The notes beneath the pieces are model-generated. The model had not been told where the DNA came from, ran no database searches, and saw only the letters and a list, made by a program, of their open reading frames with translations. DNA of 64,000 nt from NCBI GenBank assembly GCA_947259395.1, contig CAMYMN010000012.1, positions 245 through 64,244 on the forward strand, given 5' to 3'. The position numbers and the translations under genes are program-made. Position 1 is the first letter of the stretch, and each line of letters begins with the position of its first letter. Source of the DNA: an uncultured Gammaproteobacteria bacterium. Lineage in GTDB: Bacteria; Pseudomonadota; Gammaproteobacteria; Arenicellales; JAANXG01. Below are positions 30,801-38,915 of the stretch, piece after piece.

Positions 30801-31380
30801 CGCCAAGGGTAATCGTGTCCTTTACTTCTCTGCTTACAACACGGCAGATCAAATATATTATCAGGATGAATTGGAGCAATGCGCGGACCAAATCGTATGG
30901 GCGACTGCGAAAGGAGCGCCAATTACCGCAAATCGTCCACAAGACATCAGCGTCCGGAGCGGCAACGTGATTGATCTGCTACGACAATATTACCGCGGCG
31001 AATTTTCGGCACCGGACCAACGAATTCTGTTAACTGATGTAAATGAGGTTTTGGTTATTGGTTCGACGGGTTTGCTTAAAGGCCTTCAGTCAGCAATGCG
31101 ATCCGACTTAAGCCACATATTCCGCGAAGACGTCAACATCTTGGGCACAGTGGGTAGCCCGATGCAATGCATGTTGAAGGGCGTGTGCGCGCAATGCCTG
31201 CAATGGCAGATCGACCCTGAAACGGGGGAACGCACCCGCACCGTGTTTTCGTGCGCGATGCAAGACCAACCTTTGATGTGGATTGATATCGACAATCTGG
31301 CGGCGCGACAGGCGCAAAACTACCTACAGGATTATCTCGGTGCGATGTGGGTGGATCATGTACTCGGCAAGTCCAGTTGA
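27898..31380 (+). CDS. Fe-S flavoprotein: GltD/NfnB-like module fused to a PyrK/NfnA-like FAD/NAD + [2Fe-2S] module
   Basis: CVYCH...C...GCP, TGHRICNDCMKAC, GMGPAG, GGGLTAIDTA, FQPGQFFRLQ, MGPTG, SPMQCMLKGVCAQC. Confidence 0.8.
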   Translation: MAITAHDLDYQALQTVDGLQRLDRQFLLMVEERDPGLFDQLRRYRNPDTSLSALEISRLLLAVAPMLEEFLARRFGVEAALQTVNEDIDQHNLVAQFKKEFVQKRARRLHGDDTGSFSVLSEWLDDQIAHIPEASLDKELAVAKFADQLLENPESNASSLARLTEWCAHARQHGSDESVTKDWISFRLPQSVDPARLVPLSRCTNGSVERLEAKVESLRRRDGFSLTDSRMSMREVMDQVNYCVYCHNQDGDFCSKGFPKKKKQPELGLKVDALGVTLTGCPLEEKISEMQLLKRDGKNLAALAVAMVDNPMIPATGHRICNDCMKACIYQKQDPVDIPQIETRVLTDVLNLPWGVEIYDLLVRWNPLRRRQFLPQPDNGRKVLIVGMGPAGFTMAHHLTMEGCTVIGIDGLKIEPLPQHLIDEPVHSYADLCESLEERIMAGFGGVAEYGITVRWDKNFLKLIYLALARRPSFRVVGGVRLGGTITLDDAWSLGFDHVCIATGAGLPRVVGMGNSLARGMRQANDFLMALQLTGAAKSDSLANLQVRLPAVVIGGGLTAIDTATEVQAYYVKQVEKTLDRYEQLAASHGEQPMLDKLGEEGRLVLNEFLEHGRAVRAERERAAITGEHPDFNPLIREWGGVTIIYRRSINESPAYLRNHEEITKAMEEGVYYVEGLEPLRAELDRFGHVETLVCRQRVKREGRWISLGKEVKLPARAIMIAAGTFPNIIYEIEHPGTLRIEDNHFLTHVAHKHGVQPVGVAEHCKAPEFGPFTSYDRDHRRVSFIGDAHPVFNGSVVKAIASAHRSYPDIIADLMSMPEHRPTHPNSSLFIKSVTDQLTTCVAEIDLKHPVVIELWVRAPMAAKNFQPGQFFRLQTYETSSPKRNGTRLQIPLLTVSGAGVRGDCVRMLLLRFGANAKLAEQLKPGDPIVLMGPTGAPTEIETDKTFLVIAGSWGAAVMLGLGPALRAKGNRVLYFSAYNTADQIYYQDELEQCADQIVWATAKGAPITANRPQDISVRSGNVIDLLRQYYRGEFSAPDQRILLTDVNEVLVIGSTGLLKGLQSAMRSDLSHIFREDVNILGTVGSPMQCMLKGVCAQCLQWQIDPETGERTRTVFSCAMQDQPLMWIDIDNLAARQAQNYLQDYLGAMWVDHVLGKSS

Positions 31381-32170
31381 CGCATCGCTTTTGCAACAAA
31401 TCCAAGTTATGGCCATCAGCTTGCAGCGCCCGGCAACTGATGACCAGTCGATGAAACACGCGTTCGGGTCCGAGCACAACATAACGTACCTCGGCTGTGA
31501 CAGGGTTCACTAAACAGTATCAGAGTTGGTCTGTTTTTATCTATCGTGCACCGACGGTCCACGGCCGTGGATCGTCATTTGCCATGTTACTCGGTTGATC
31601 TTCAAAGCGATCGGAAGCGCTCATTAACGCCCTGCCGGTTAATCGGTCACTGTGGACGGCCCGCAAGGTCGGTCGATCCAACCGCTAAGGTTCCCATTCT
31701 CCCGCACCCCTACGACAACGTAATCAATTTGGGTGCCGGGTTCAACGTAGCATCGCAACTAGACTCAAGGCTCAGCTAATTGTTCATGCTCCATCTCTGT
31801 CGTTCTCGACTAGGGTATCAGAAGAAACGTTAAAGGACTCCCATCACGACAATCAGATATTCTCCCCGGTGCACGCCCGAGCACCATAGATCAGCCCGTA
31901 TATTGCACCAATGCGGCGAAAACAAGAGCCAAGTCGGAGCGCCTGAACTTGCGCTTCACTCAGCGCAAACCTTGGCTATGCGTTTCGTTCCAGTTTGGCG
32001 TCCGGCCGCTACATCCCGTCGCCATCATCCGGGGATTCCCGCGCACTATACGGGTTAGCCGGTTTGATGGGGATAAACCGCACCGGAAATGAGCCCGTCA
32101 ACTGATTCTATTGGAAACTTTCGCTGATTGTGTCTATGTATATGAGTGGGAGAAACCGAACTCAAATCGC

Positions 32171-35100
32171 ATGACTACGAAAAAGATCGCCACCGCGGAC
32201 ATCGAGATCGGTATGTATGTATCACGACTGGATCGACCGTGGCGCGAGACCCCATTTCTGTCGCAGGGATTCTTTGTCAGGAATACCGACGAGATCAAGA
32301 AGCTCAAAGAAAGCTCTCGCTTTGCCTATGTGATGATTCCGGACGAGGAATACTCGCTGCAAAGCGCTCACGACCAGCCAATTTCGCTGGCCACGATCAA
32401 CAATCTTTTTACCGCCTCCAACCTCAAATCACCCGCGTCGCAGACCTCTTTCAAAAATGAGTTGCCGAGCGCTGAGAAGGCGCATGCAGCTATCGAGAAC
32501 ATGACGATGGAGGTTTGGAGCGATTTGAAGAATGGAAGAAAGCTGAAGATCAACGACATCAGCGATCGTGTACGCATGATGGTCGACAGCATCGAGCGCA
32601 ATCCAGATGCCTATACCTGGCTTTGCTGCGTCAAGGATCATCCCTCATTAGAGTTTCGACATGCCGTCAATGTTTCCGCATTGTTGACCATCTTTGGCAG
32701 ACAGCTGGGGCTTGAGCACGAAGACCTACAGTTGCTTGCGATCGGTGGGCTCTGTCTTGACGTGGGGAATTTCAAGCTCCCCAAAGACTTATTAAAGAAG
32801 AAGACCCGTCTGACGGATGACGAATGGGAGGTGATGAAAACCCATGTCCGGCACAGTATGCAGCTCATCAAGCAATTCACAGATGCAGACACAAAGATGC
32901 AATGGATGGTCGCGACTCATCATGAGCGCTACGACGGCAGTGGTTATCTGGCCGGAGTATCGGGTGACCATATTCCCTTGTTCGGGCAGATGGCGGGAAT
33001 CGTCGACACTTACGTTGCTTCCACCGAGCCCAAACCCTACGCCACCGCAATGACCTCGGATGACTCCATCGAGACGTTGTTCAGGCAACGCGGCCACCAT
33101 TTCAAATCGTCGCTGGTTGATCATTTCATCCAGGCGATCGGACTCCATCCAACGGGGTCACTAGTGGAGATGAGTTCCGGGGAAATTGCCGTGGTCGTTG
33201 CTCAGAATATGCACAAAAAACTGCGCCCGCGTATCGCACTTGTTCTAGACGCCCTCAAAAAGCCTTATCGGGATTATCCGTTGATCAATCTTGCCACGCA
33301 GGCGCATTCAAGAGATGGCAAATCCCTGAGCATCGTCAAAGGTCTGCGGGCGGGGCAATATTCGATCTCGTTGGAGGATATTCTCGGTCCTCTGACGAGC
33401 CACGTAGACGAAGAAGATTTTAAGACTGATGTAGATTTTGCGGCGCAATTCGAACAACAAGCAGTAGAAGTCGACGTTACCAGTAAAAAATCCCGTCAAC
33501 CACGCACCGGGAAAACGGACCCAGCTCAATCCAATCAATCCACGACGATCGCAAAACCCACGACTACCCCAAAACCCACGACGATCGCAAAACCCACAAC
33601 TACCCCAAAACCCACGACGATCGCAAAACCCACGACTACCGCAACGTCAAGCAAGGTCGTGCGATTCATTCGTGCGGCCGCGGCAATTGCGACTGTTGTG
33701 ATCGGCGGTGCTTTCATCGTGTACCAACAAAGCCAGCTCGAACAGTTGGCAAAGCAGCTGGAAGCGTCACGCCAACTAGCAGCGGAAAAAACTGAGGAAG
33801 TTCGGCTCATTGCGGATGCGGAGGCAAAGCGAAAGGCCATCATTGAAGTCAAAGAGGAGCAGGCTCAGCTACTGGCTGCAACAGAAGCAAGACGCAAGGC
33901 GGTGGAAGCTGAACTTAAGGCGGCCGTAAAGGCAAAGCGCCAAGCGGCACTGGAAGCCGAACTTCAGGCGGCGGCACAGGCAAAACGCCAAGCGGCACTG
34001 GAAGCCGAACTTCAGGCGGCGGCACAGGCAAAACGCCAAGCGGCATTGGAAGCCAAACGTCAGGCGGCGGCACAGGCAAAGCGCCAAGCGGCACTGGAAA
34101 CCGAACGTCAGGCCGCGGCACAGGCAAAGCGCCAAGTGGTATTGGAGGCCGAGCTTCAGGCGGCGGCACAGGCAAAACGCCAAGCAGCACTGGAAGCCGA
34201 GCTTCAGGCCGCGGTACGGGAAAAGCGCCAAGCGGCATTGGAAGCCGAAGATCAGGCGGCGGCACAGGCAACGCGCCAATCAGCGCTCGAAACAGAATAT
34301 ACCGGGACACGATACGCGAGGCTTCAAACGGAGTTGGAAGCTGAAAGTAAGATCGCTGCAGAAATAAAGCGTCAAGCGGAGCTCGAAACTGAAAGCGCGG
34401 ACGCTACATACAAGACGCCGCAAACGGACCTGGAAGCTGAACATAAGGCGGCTGCAGAGGTAGAGCGTCACGTGGCGCCGGAAGCTGATTTGACGATAAC
34501 TGCTGAGGCAAAACGTCAAGAGGAGCTGGAAGCTGAACGCAAGGCGACGACCGAGGCAAAGCGTCAACAGGAGCTGGGAGCAACGAAACCAGGCAAAGTA
34601 TTCCGGGACAGGCTCGAGGATGGGAGCGAAGGGCCGGAAATGGTAGTCGTTCCTGCGGGCTCATTTCGTATGGGACGCCTCCAGGGACGAGGCGACAACG
34701 ACGAAAAACCTGTGCGCACAGTCACGTTGGCCAAACCGTTTTCGATCGGTCGCTACGAGGTCACATTCAATGAGTATGATCAATTTGCGCGCGCGTCGGG
34801 GCGCACGCTACCGGACGACAAGGGCTGGGGTCGGGGCCGAAACCCGGTGATCAATGTTTCTTGGAAAGATGCGATCGCTTATACACATTGGTTATCGGAG
34901 CAGACGGGCCAGAGTTACCGGCTGCCTACCGAAACGGAATGGGAATACGCGGCGCGTGCCGGCAGCGAGAACAAGTACGCTTGGGGAAACGACATCGAAA
35001 ACAACCGGGCGAATTGTGATGGGTGTCGCAGCCGTTGGGACGGCAAGCAGACGGCACCAGTGGGCTCGTTTCAACCAAACCGGTTTTCCCTATATGACAC

Positions 35101-35335
35101 TGTGGGCAATGTCTGGGAGTGGGTGGAGGATTGTTGGCGCCCAAACTACAACGGTATGCCCACCAATACTTCGGCACGGCTACATGTTGACGGTAGTAAC
35201 TGCGGCCGTCGCATGCGCCGCGGCGGTTCCTGGAACGACGAGCCGATTTACGTCCGAGTGGCGAACCGGGGAAGGGGCACTCCCGAATACCGGAATGTCA
35301 ACCTTGGTTTTCGTCTGGCGCGGGACGTCGAATAA
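32171..35335 (+). CDS. DUF3391 + degenerate HD-GYP domain, TM helix, Ala/Glu/Lys repeat stalk, C-terminal FGE-sulfatase (SUMF1) domain
   Basis: IGMYVSRLDRPWRETPF (DUF3391), HHERYDGSGY, TM AAAAIATVVIGGAFIVY, GPEMVVVPAGSFRMG, RLPTETEWEYAARAG, GNVWEW, RGGSW, GFRLAR. Start assigned to ATG 32171. Confidence 0.85.
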   Translation: MTTKKIATADIEIGMYVSRLDRPWRETPFLSQGFFVRNTDEIKKLKESSRFAYVMIPDEEYSLQSAHDQPISLATINNLFTASNLKSPASQTSFKNELPSAEKAHAAIENMTMEVWSDLKNGRKLKINDISDRVRMMVDSIERNPDAYTWLCCVKDHPSLEFRHAVNVSALLTIFGRQLGLEHEDLQLLAIGGLCLDVGNFKLPKDLLKKKTRLTDDEWEVMKTHVRHSMQLIKQFTDADTKMQWMVATHHERYDGSGYLAGVSGDHIPLFGQMAGIVDTYVASTEPKPYATAMTSDDSIETLFRQRGHHFKSSLVDHFIQAIGLHPTGSLVEMSSGEIAVVVAQNMHKKLRPRIALVLDALKKPYRDYPLINLATQAHSRDGKSLSIVKGLRAGQYSISLEDILGPLTSHVDEEDFKTDVDFAAQFEQQAVEVDVTSKKSRQPRTGKTDPAQSNQSTTIAKPTTTPKPTTIAKPTTTPKPTTIAKPTTTATSSKVVRFIRAAAAIATVVIGGAFIVYQQSQLEQLAKQLEASRQLAAEKTEEVRLIADAEAKRKAIIEVKEEQAQLLAATEARRKAVEAELKAAVKAKRQAALEAELQAAAQAKRQAALEAELQAAAQAKRQAALEAKRQAAAQAKRQAALETERQAAAQAKRQVVLEAELQAAAQAKRQAALEAELQAAVREKRQAALEAEDQAAAQATRQSALETEYTGTRYARLQTELEAESKIAAEIKRQAELETESADATYKTPQTDLEAEHKAAAEVERHVAPEADLTITAEAKRQEELEAERKATTEAKRQQELGATKPGKVFRDRLEDGSEGPEMVVVPAGSFRMGRLQGRGDNDEKPVRTVTLAKPFSIGRYEVTFNEYDQFARASGRTLPDDKGWGRGRNPVINVSWKDAIAYTHWLSEQTGQSYRLPTETEWEYAARAGSENKYAWGNDIENNRANCDGCRSRWDGKQTAPVGSFQPNRFSLYDTVGNVWEWVEDCWRPNYNGMPTNTSARLHVDGSNCGRRMRRGGSWNDEPIYVRVANRGRGTPEYRNVNLGFRLARDVE
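33540..33640 (+). repeat. In-frame 36-bp tandem repeat (TTIAKPTTTPKP), about 2.8 copies
   Basis: Unit CCACGACGATCGCAAAACCCACGACTACCCCAAAAC, nearly identical copies. Confidence 0.9.
33930..34290 (+). repeat. In-frame 48-bp tandem repeat (AKRQAALEAELQAAAQ), 7 copies plus a partial one
   Basis: Unit AGGCAAAGCGCCAAGCGGCACTGGAAGCCGAACTTCAGGCGGCGGCAC with point variants. Confidence 0.9.
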
Positions 35336-35418
35336 ACAAAGCGGTTGGCGACAACCTGAGGATCCATAGCGTTACCGTTTGTCACCGACCCATCTGTTAG
35401 ACTCCTCTGTTACTGACT

Positions 35419-35815
35419 ATGCCGATCAACTATTGAATACACGGCCGATAACATTGGCGTGGTATTTCATGCAGTCGAGACAGTGACTGAAAATGACGTA
35501 ATCCGAAGTGGAAAATCGATTTTTGAACAAGAGAATTTCAAAAATCTTCGCTACTGGATCATAGATATAGATAGAGAGAAGTGCACCAACTATGCGGTAA
35601 ACTTGTCGGCGATGCACGAAATTGCCGAGCTTGACAGAGAGGCAGCGAGAATTAATCCGGAATTAATCGTAGCAATAATCTCAATGACGGATATAGAGCA
35701 TATCAGGTCTATTGTGTATAAAGTGGATATGCTCGATGGTGGGTTCGAGACCGAACTGTTTAGCGACAGGAACAGCGCCGATCACTGGATACAAAGAAAA
35801 TTGAGTGAAATTTAG
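35419..35815 (+). pseudogene. AT-rich small protein (SpoIIAA/STAS-like fold suspected) with an apparent 1-nt frameshift near the start
   Basis: ATG CCG ATC AAC TAT TGA stops at once; removing one A gives MPITIEYTADNIGVVFH continuing into ORF 35459..35815, which ends FETELFSDRNSADHWI. Confidence 0.5.
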
Positions 35816-35859
35816 CACAACCGTATGTATGAAACACCGGTACGAGTCTGTGCAAACCC

Positions 35860-36627
35860 TCAAGAGGATTGTTTCTGATTGCCGGGCGCGTTTTCCTGAT
35901 GTTGGTATTGCTCCAGGGCCTCGCGAACCGTGGATAATATTTTTTGCAACGCCGGTAACAGATTTTCTTGCCCTTGCCTTGCCAGTTCCTGGCCTAGTAC
36001 GGACAAGTCATCCCTCAACGCCTGATACTGCTGGTCCAATTGCGCGGCGGTTTCCTTTGATTTCTTGTCCAGCGAACCAAGCAAAGATTCCAACTCGCGC
36101 CGCGCCTGGTCCGAGGATCGGCCTACCGCTTGCTCCAATCCTGCAAGGTCTTCTTGCAGTTCCTTTTTCTGTTGCTCCCACTCGGGACTCGAAAAGTACT
36201 CCTGCAAAGAATTGAGTGCGTCGCCGACCTGTTTATTGGTTTGATCCAGGGTCTCTCCGGCACGCCAGGCAAGAAGCTCCAGGCCTGAATCGATGGCCAG
36301 CAATTCGTGGCCCGAATCAAGCGGGCTGGAGCCCGTAGTCGAATTGTAGATTTCCACAACATGGGCCGAGTCCTGTGCTACCACCATCGCCGCAGCATTG
36401 CTGCGCAAGCTTATCGATTTGTCTGGGTCCAGCGCCAGCACTGCATTTGTCTGTTGGTCGATATGCTCTAATTTGGCAACCTTTCCGATCTGCTCACCAC
36501 CCAGCATCACTGCATCACCCTTTTCTAGCCCAGGCGCGGCGCCGAAAGACACCACCACATCCAAACTACGCGAGCACCCGGCAAGTCCGATCGCGGCCAT
36601 GCCAAAAATCACCATCCATTTTTTCAT
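35860..36627 (-). CDS. MlaD/MCE-domain lipoprotein with coiled-coil C-terminus
   Basis: LAGC lipobox, APGLEKGDAVMLGGEQIGKV MCE motif; start ATG 36627. Confidence 0.75.
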   Translation of the reverse strand: MKKWMVIFGMAAIGLAGCSRSLDVVVSFGAAPGLEKGDAVMLGGEQIGKVAKLEHIDQQTNAVLALDPDKSISLRSNAAAMVVAQDSAHVVEIYNSTTGSSPLDSGHELLAIDSGLELLAWRAGETLDQTNKQVGDALNSLQEYFSSPEWEQQKKELQEDLAGLEQAVGRSSDQARRELESLLGSLDKKSKETAAQLDQQYQALRDDLSVLGQELARQGQENLLPALQKILSTVREALEQYQHQENAPGNQKQSS

Positions 36628-36691
36628 CGCAGCGTTCTCCCAGCTGATGGATAACAACAAGATTGTACAAATACCTTTCGATGCAATGATA

Positions 36692-37579
36692 TTACGATAA
36701 CTTAAGCTGATTCCGCGACTCGAGAACCTGCAGCAATGCGGTAGTATCTAATTCGCCGAATCCCGAATCCACAGTCATATCAATGCCCTCGGCTGCCAAT
36801 TTAGTACCGTGCAGGTCGAGATGGCAGTCACGCATGGTCTCCAGCGCGATACGCATGTCTTTCTTGTGCAACTTGGCCTTGAAACCCGGTGCAAAATTAC
36901 GCTCCAGCATACGTTGGCCATGGAAATCCAACACCCGGCTGGCGGCAAATCCACCAAGCAGGGCTTCCCGCACGCGGCCGGGATCGACCCCGGCCGCCTT
37001 GGCCAGTAACAACGCTTCTGCCGTCGCGTACATATGTTGCGCCACCAACAGTTGGTTACAGGCCTTCGCCACCTGGCCGGCGCCATGGTCCCCGACCAGA
37101 ACGATATTCTCACCCATGGCCGCTAACAACGGTTGCACGCGGTGAAATACCGCTGCGTCACCGCCAACCATTATCGATAAGGTGCCTTCCCGTGCGCCAA
37201 TGTCGCCGCCAGACACCGGCGCATCCAACATGTCCATACCTTTCTCCGCCAGCCGTGTTGCCAGGTCGCGCGTCGATGCGGCAGAACTAGTCGTCATATC
37301 GACCAGCACCTTACCTGGAGCCGCCGCCTCTATTACGCCTTGATCACCAAGTACAATCTGTTCCACATCCGGCGTGTCACCGACTATGGTGATGACAACG
37401 TCTGCGTGTTCGGTTACTTGTCGCGGCGAGCCGCAAAGAGTGGCACCAGCCTGGATCAATGGCATTGCCTTTTCTTCTGTTCGCGCGAAAACCCACACCG
37501 GGTAGCCGGCTCGCATTAGGTTCAATGCCATCGGCAGGCCCATAATGCCGGTACCGATGAATCCTACTTTGTCAGTCAT
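36692..37579 (-). CDS. garR: 2-hydroxy-3-oxopropionate (tartronate semialdehyde) reductase family
   Basis: GFIGTGIMG, LDAPVSGG, GAGQVAKACNQ, GFKAKLHKKD; divergent from glycerate kinase. Confidence 0.85.
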   Translation of the reverse strand: MTDKVGFIGTGIMGLPMALNLMRAGYPVWVFARTEEKAMPLIQAGATLCGSPRQVTEHADVVITIVGDTPDVEQIVLGDQGVIEAAAPGKVLVDMTTSSAASTRDLATRLAEKGMDMLDAPVSGGDIGAREGTLSIMVGGDAAVFHRVQPLLAAMGENIVLVGDHGAGQVAKACNQLLVAQHMYATAEALLLAKAAGVDPGRVREALLGGFAASRVLDFHGQRMLERNFAPGFKAKLHKKDMRIALETMRDCHLDLHGTKLAAEGIDMTVDSGFGELDTTALLQVLESRNQLKLS

Positions 37580-37631
37580 GTGTTAACCTCATTATCCTTT
37601 GCCGTTCGCGGCTACAATTTTACGACTACCA

Positions 37632-38894
37632 ATGCAATCGTTAGATAATCCCAAGAACTTGTTGTTGCAACTTTACAACACTGCGGTCGATTCAGTACAT
37701 CCAACACGCTGCGTGCCACCGTTTCTACCGTCACCGCCTGTCGGGCGCACCATTGTCATCGGCGCCGGCAAAGGCGCAGCGGCGATGGCCCATGCAGTCG
37801 AACAACACTGGAACGCGGTTTGCGAGGGCGTGGTGGTGACCCGCTACGGGCACAGCGTTGCGTGTCAATCCATCAGCGTAATCGAGGCCGGCCATCCGGT
37901 TCCCGACGACGTGGGACAAACCGCCGCGCGCGAAATCATAGAACTGGTTACCGGGCTGCATGAAGACGACCTGGTGCTGTGTCTCATCTCTGGTGGCGGC
38001 TCCGCATTGTTGTCGCTACCCGCCGCCGGCATCACTTTAGCGGATAAACAGCATATCAACCAACAGCTACTCAAGTCCGGCGCCAACATCAGTGAGATGA
38101 ATACGGTACGCAAGCATCTATCCGCCATTAAGGGTGGGCAGCTCGCACTACGATGCGCACCGGCGCGAGTCGCGACGCTGATCATCTCAGACGTGCCCGG
38201 TGATGATCCAGCCACGGTTGCCTCTGGTCCGACGGTACCCGATCACACCACGCAGCAAGATGCGCTTGCAATTCTGGACCGCTATAACATTGAAACCGGT
38301 GATCATATCGTCTCCCATCTGTCAGACCCAAGAAACGAAACGCCCAAACCCGGCGACCCGCGATTCGAGCGCGTATCGAATACCGTGATTGCAACCGCGC
38401 ACCAGGCGTTGCAAGCCGCAGCATCGTTTTGCGATCAGCACGGCATTCAACCTTTGGTGCTCGGTGATGATATCGAAGGCGAAGCTAGAGAAGTCGCCAT
38501 AGAACATGCGGCACGTGTAACACGTGTGTTGCAGGACTCCGGTATCCGTCCACGCATGATCCTGTCCGGCGGCGAAACCACCGTGACTGTGCGTGGCGGC
38601 GGCCGTGGCGGGCGTAACGTGGAATACCTGCTCGGCCTGGCGATCGCCCTGGGCGATGAACACAATATCTACGCGCTTGCTTGTGACACCGATGGCATAG
38701 ATGGCACCGAAGACAATGCCGGTGCAATAATTACTCCGGATACCTTGGATCGTGCCCGGGCGATGCGCATCGATCCCGCGGCCTCCCTACAGAACAACGA
38801 TGCTTATGGCTTTTTCGCGGCATTGGATGACCTGGTGGTGACCGGCCCAACACTCACCAACGTCAACGATTTTCGCGCGATCTTTTTGCCTTGA
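37632..38894 (+). CDS. Glycerate 2-kinase (TtuD/GckA, MOFRL family)
   Basis: GAGKG, LISGGGSAL, SDVPGDD, GGETTV, GGRN, DTDGIDG, TGPTLTNVND. Confidence 0.93.
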   Translation: MQSLDNPKNLLLQLYNTAVDSVHPTRCVPPFLPSPPVGRTIVIGAGKGAAAMAHAVEQHWNAVCEGVVVTRYGHSVACQSISVIEAGHPVPDDVGQTAAREIIELVTGLHEDDLVLCLISGGGSALLSLPAAGITLADKQHINQQLLKSGANISEMNTVRKHLSAIKGGQLALRCAPARVATLIISDVPGDDPATVASGPTVPDHTTQQDALAILDRYNIETGDHIVSHLSDPRNETPKPGDPRFERVSNTVIATAHQALQAAASFCDQHGIQPLVLGDDIEGEAREVAIEHAARVTRVLQDSGIRPRMILSGGETTVTVRGGGRGGRNVEYLLGLAIALGDEHNIYALACDTDGIDGTEDNAGAIITPDTLDRARAMRIDPAASLQNNDAYGFFAALDDLVVTGPTLTNVNDFRAIFLP

Positions 38895-38915
38895 TGACAG
38901 GACTAACGAAGCGGG

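Noticed and set aside
31381-32170. About 790-bp intergenic gap as an ncRNA, c-di-GMP riboswitch or DGR template repeat
   Set aside because: No similarity to the FGE 3' end, no riboswitch consensus and no convincing structure seen by eye; an Rfam scan would be needed.
33540-34290. Tandem repeats as a CRISPR array
   Set aside because: Units are contiguous, multiples of 3, inside a CDS, with no unique spacers and no cas genes.
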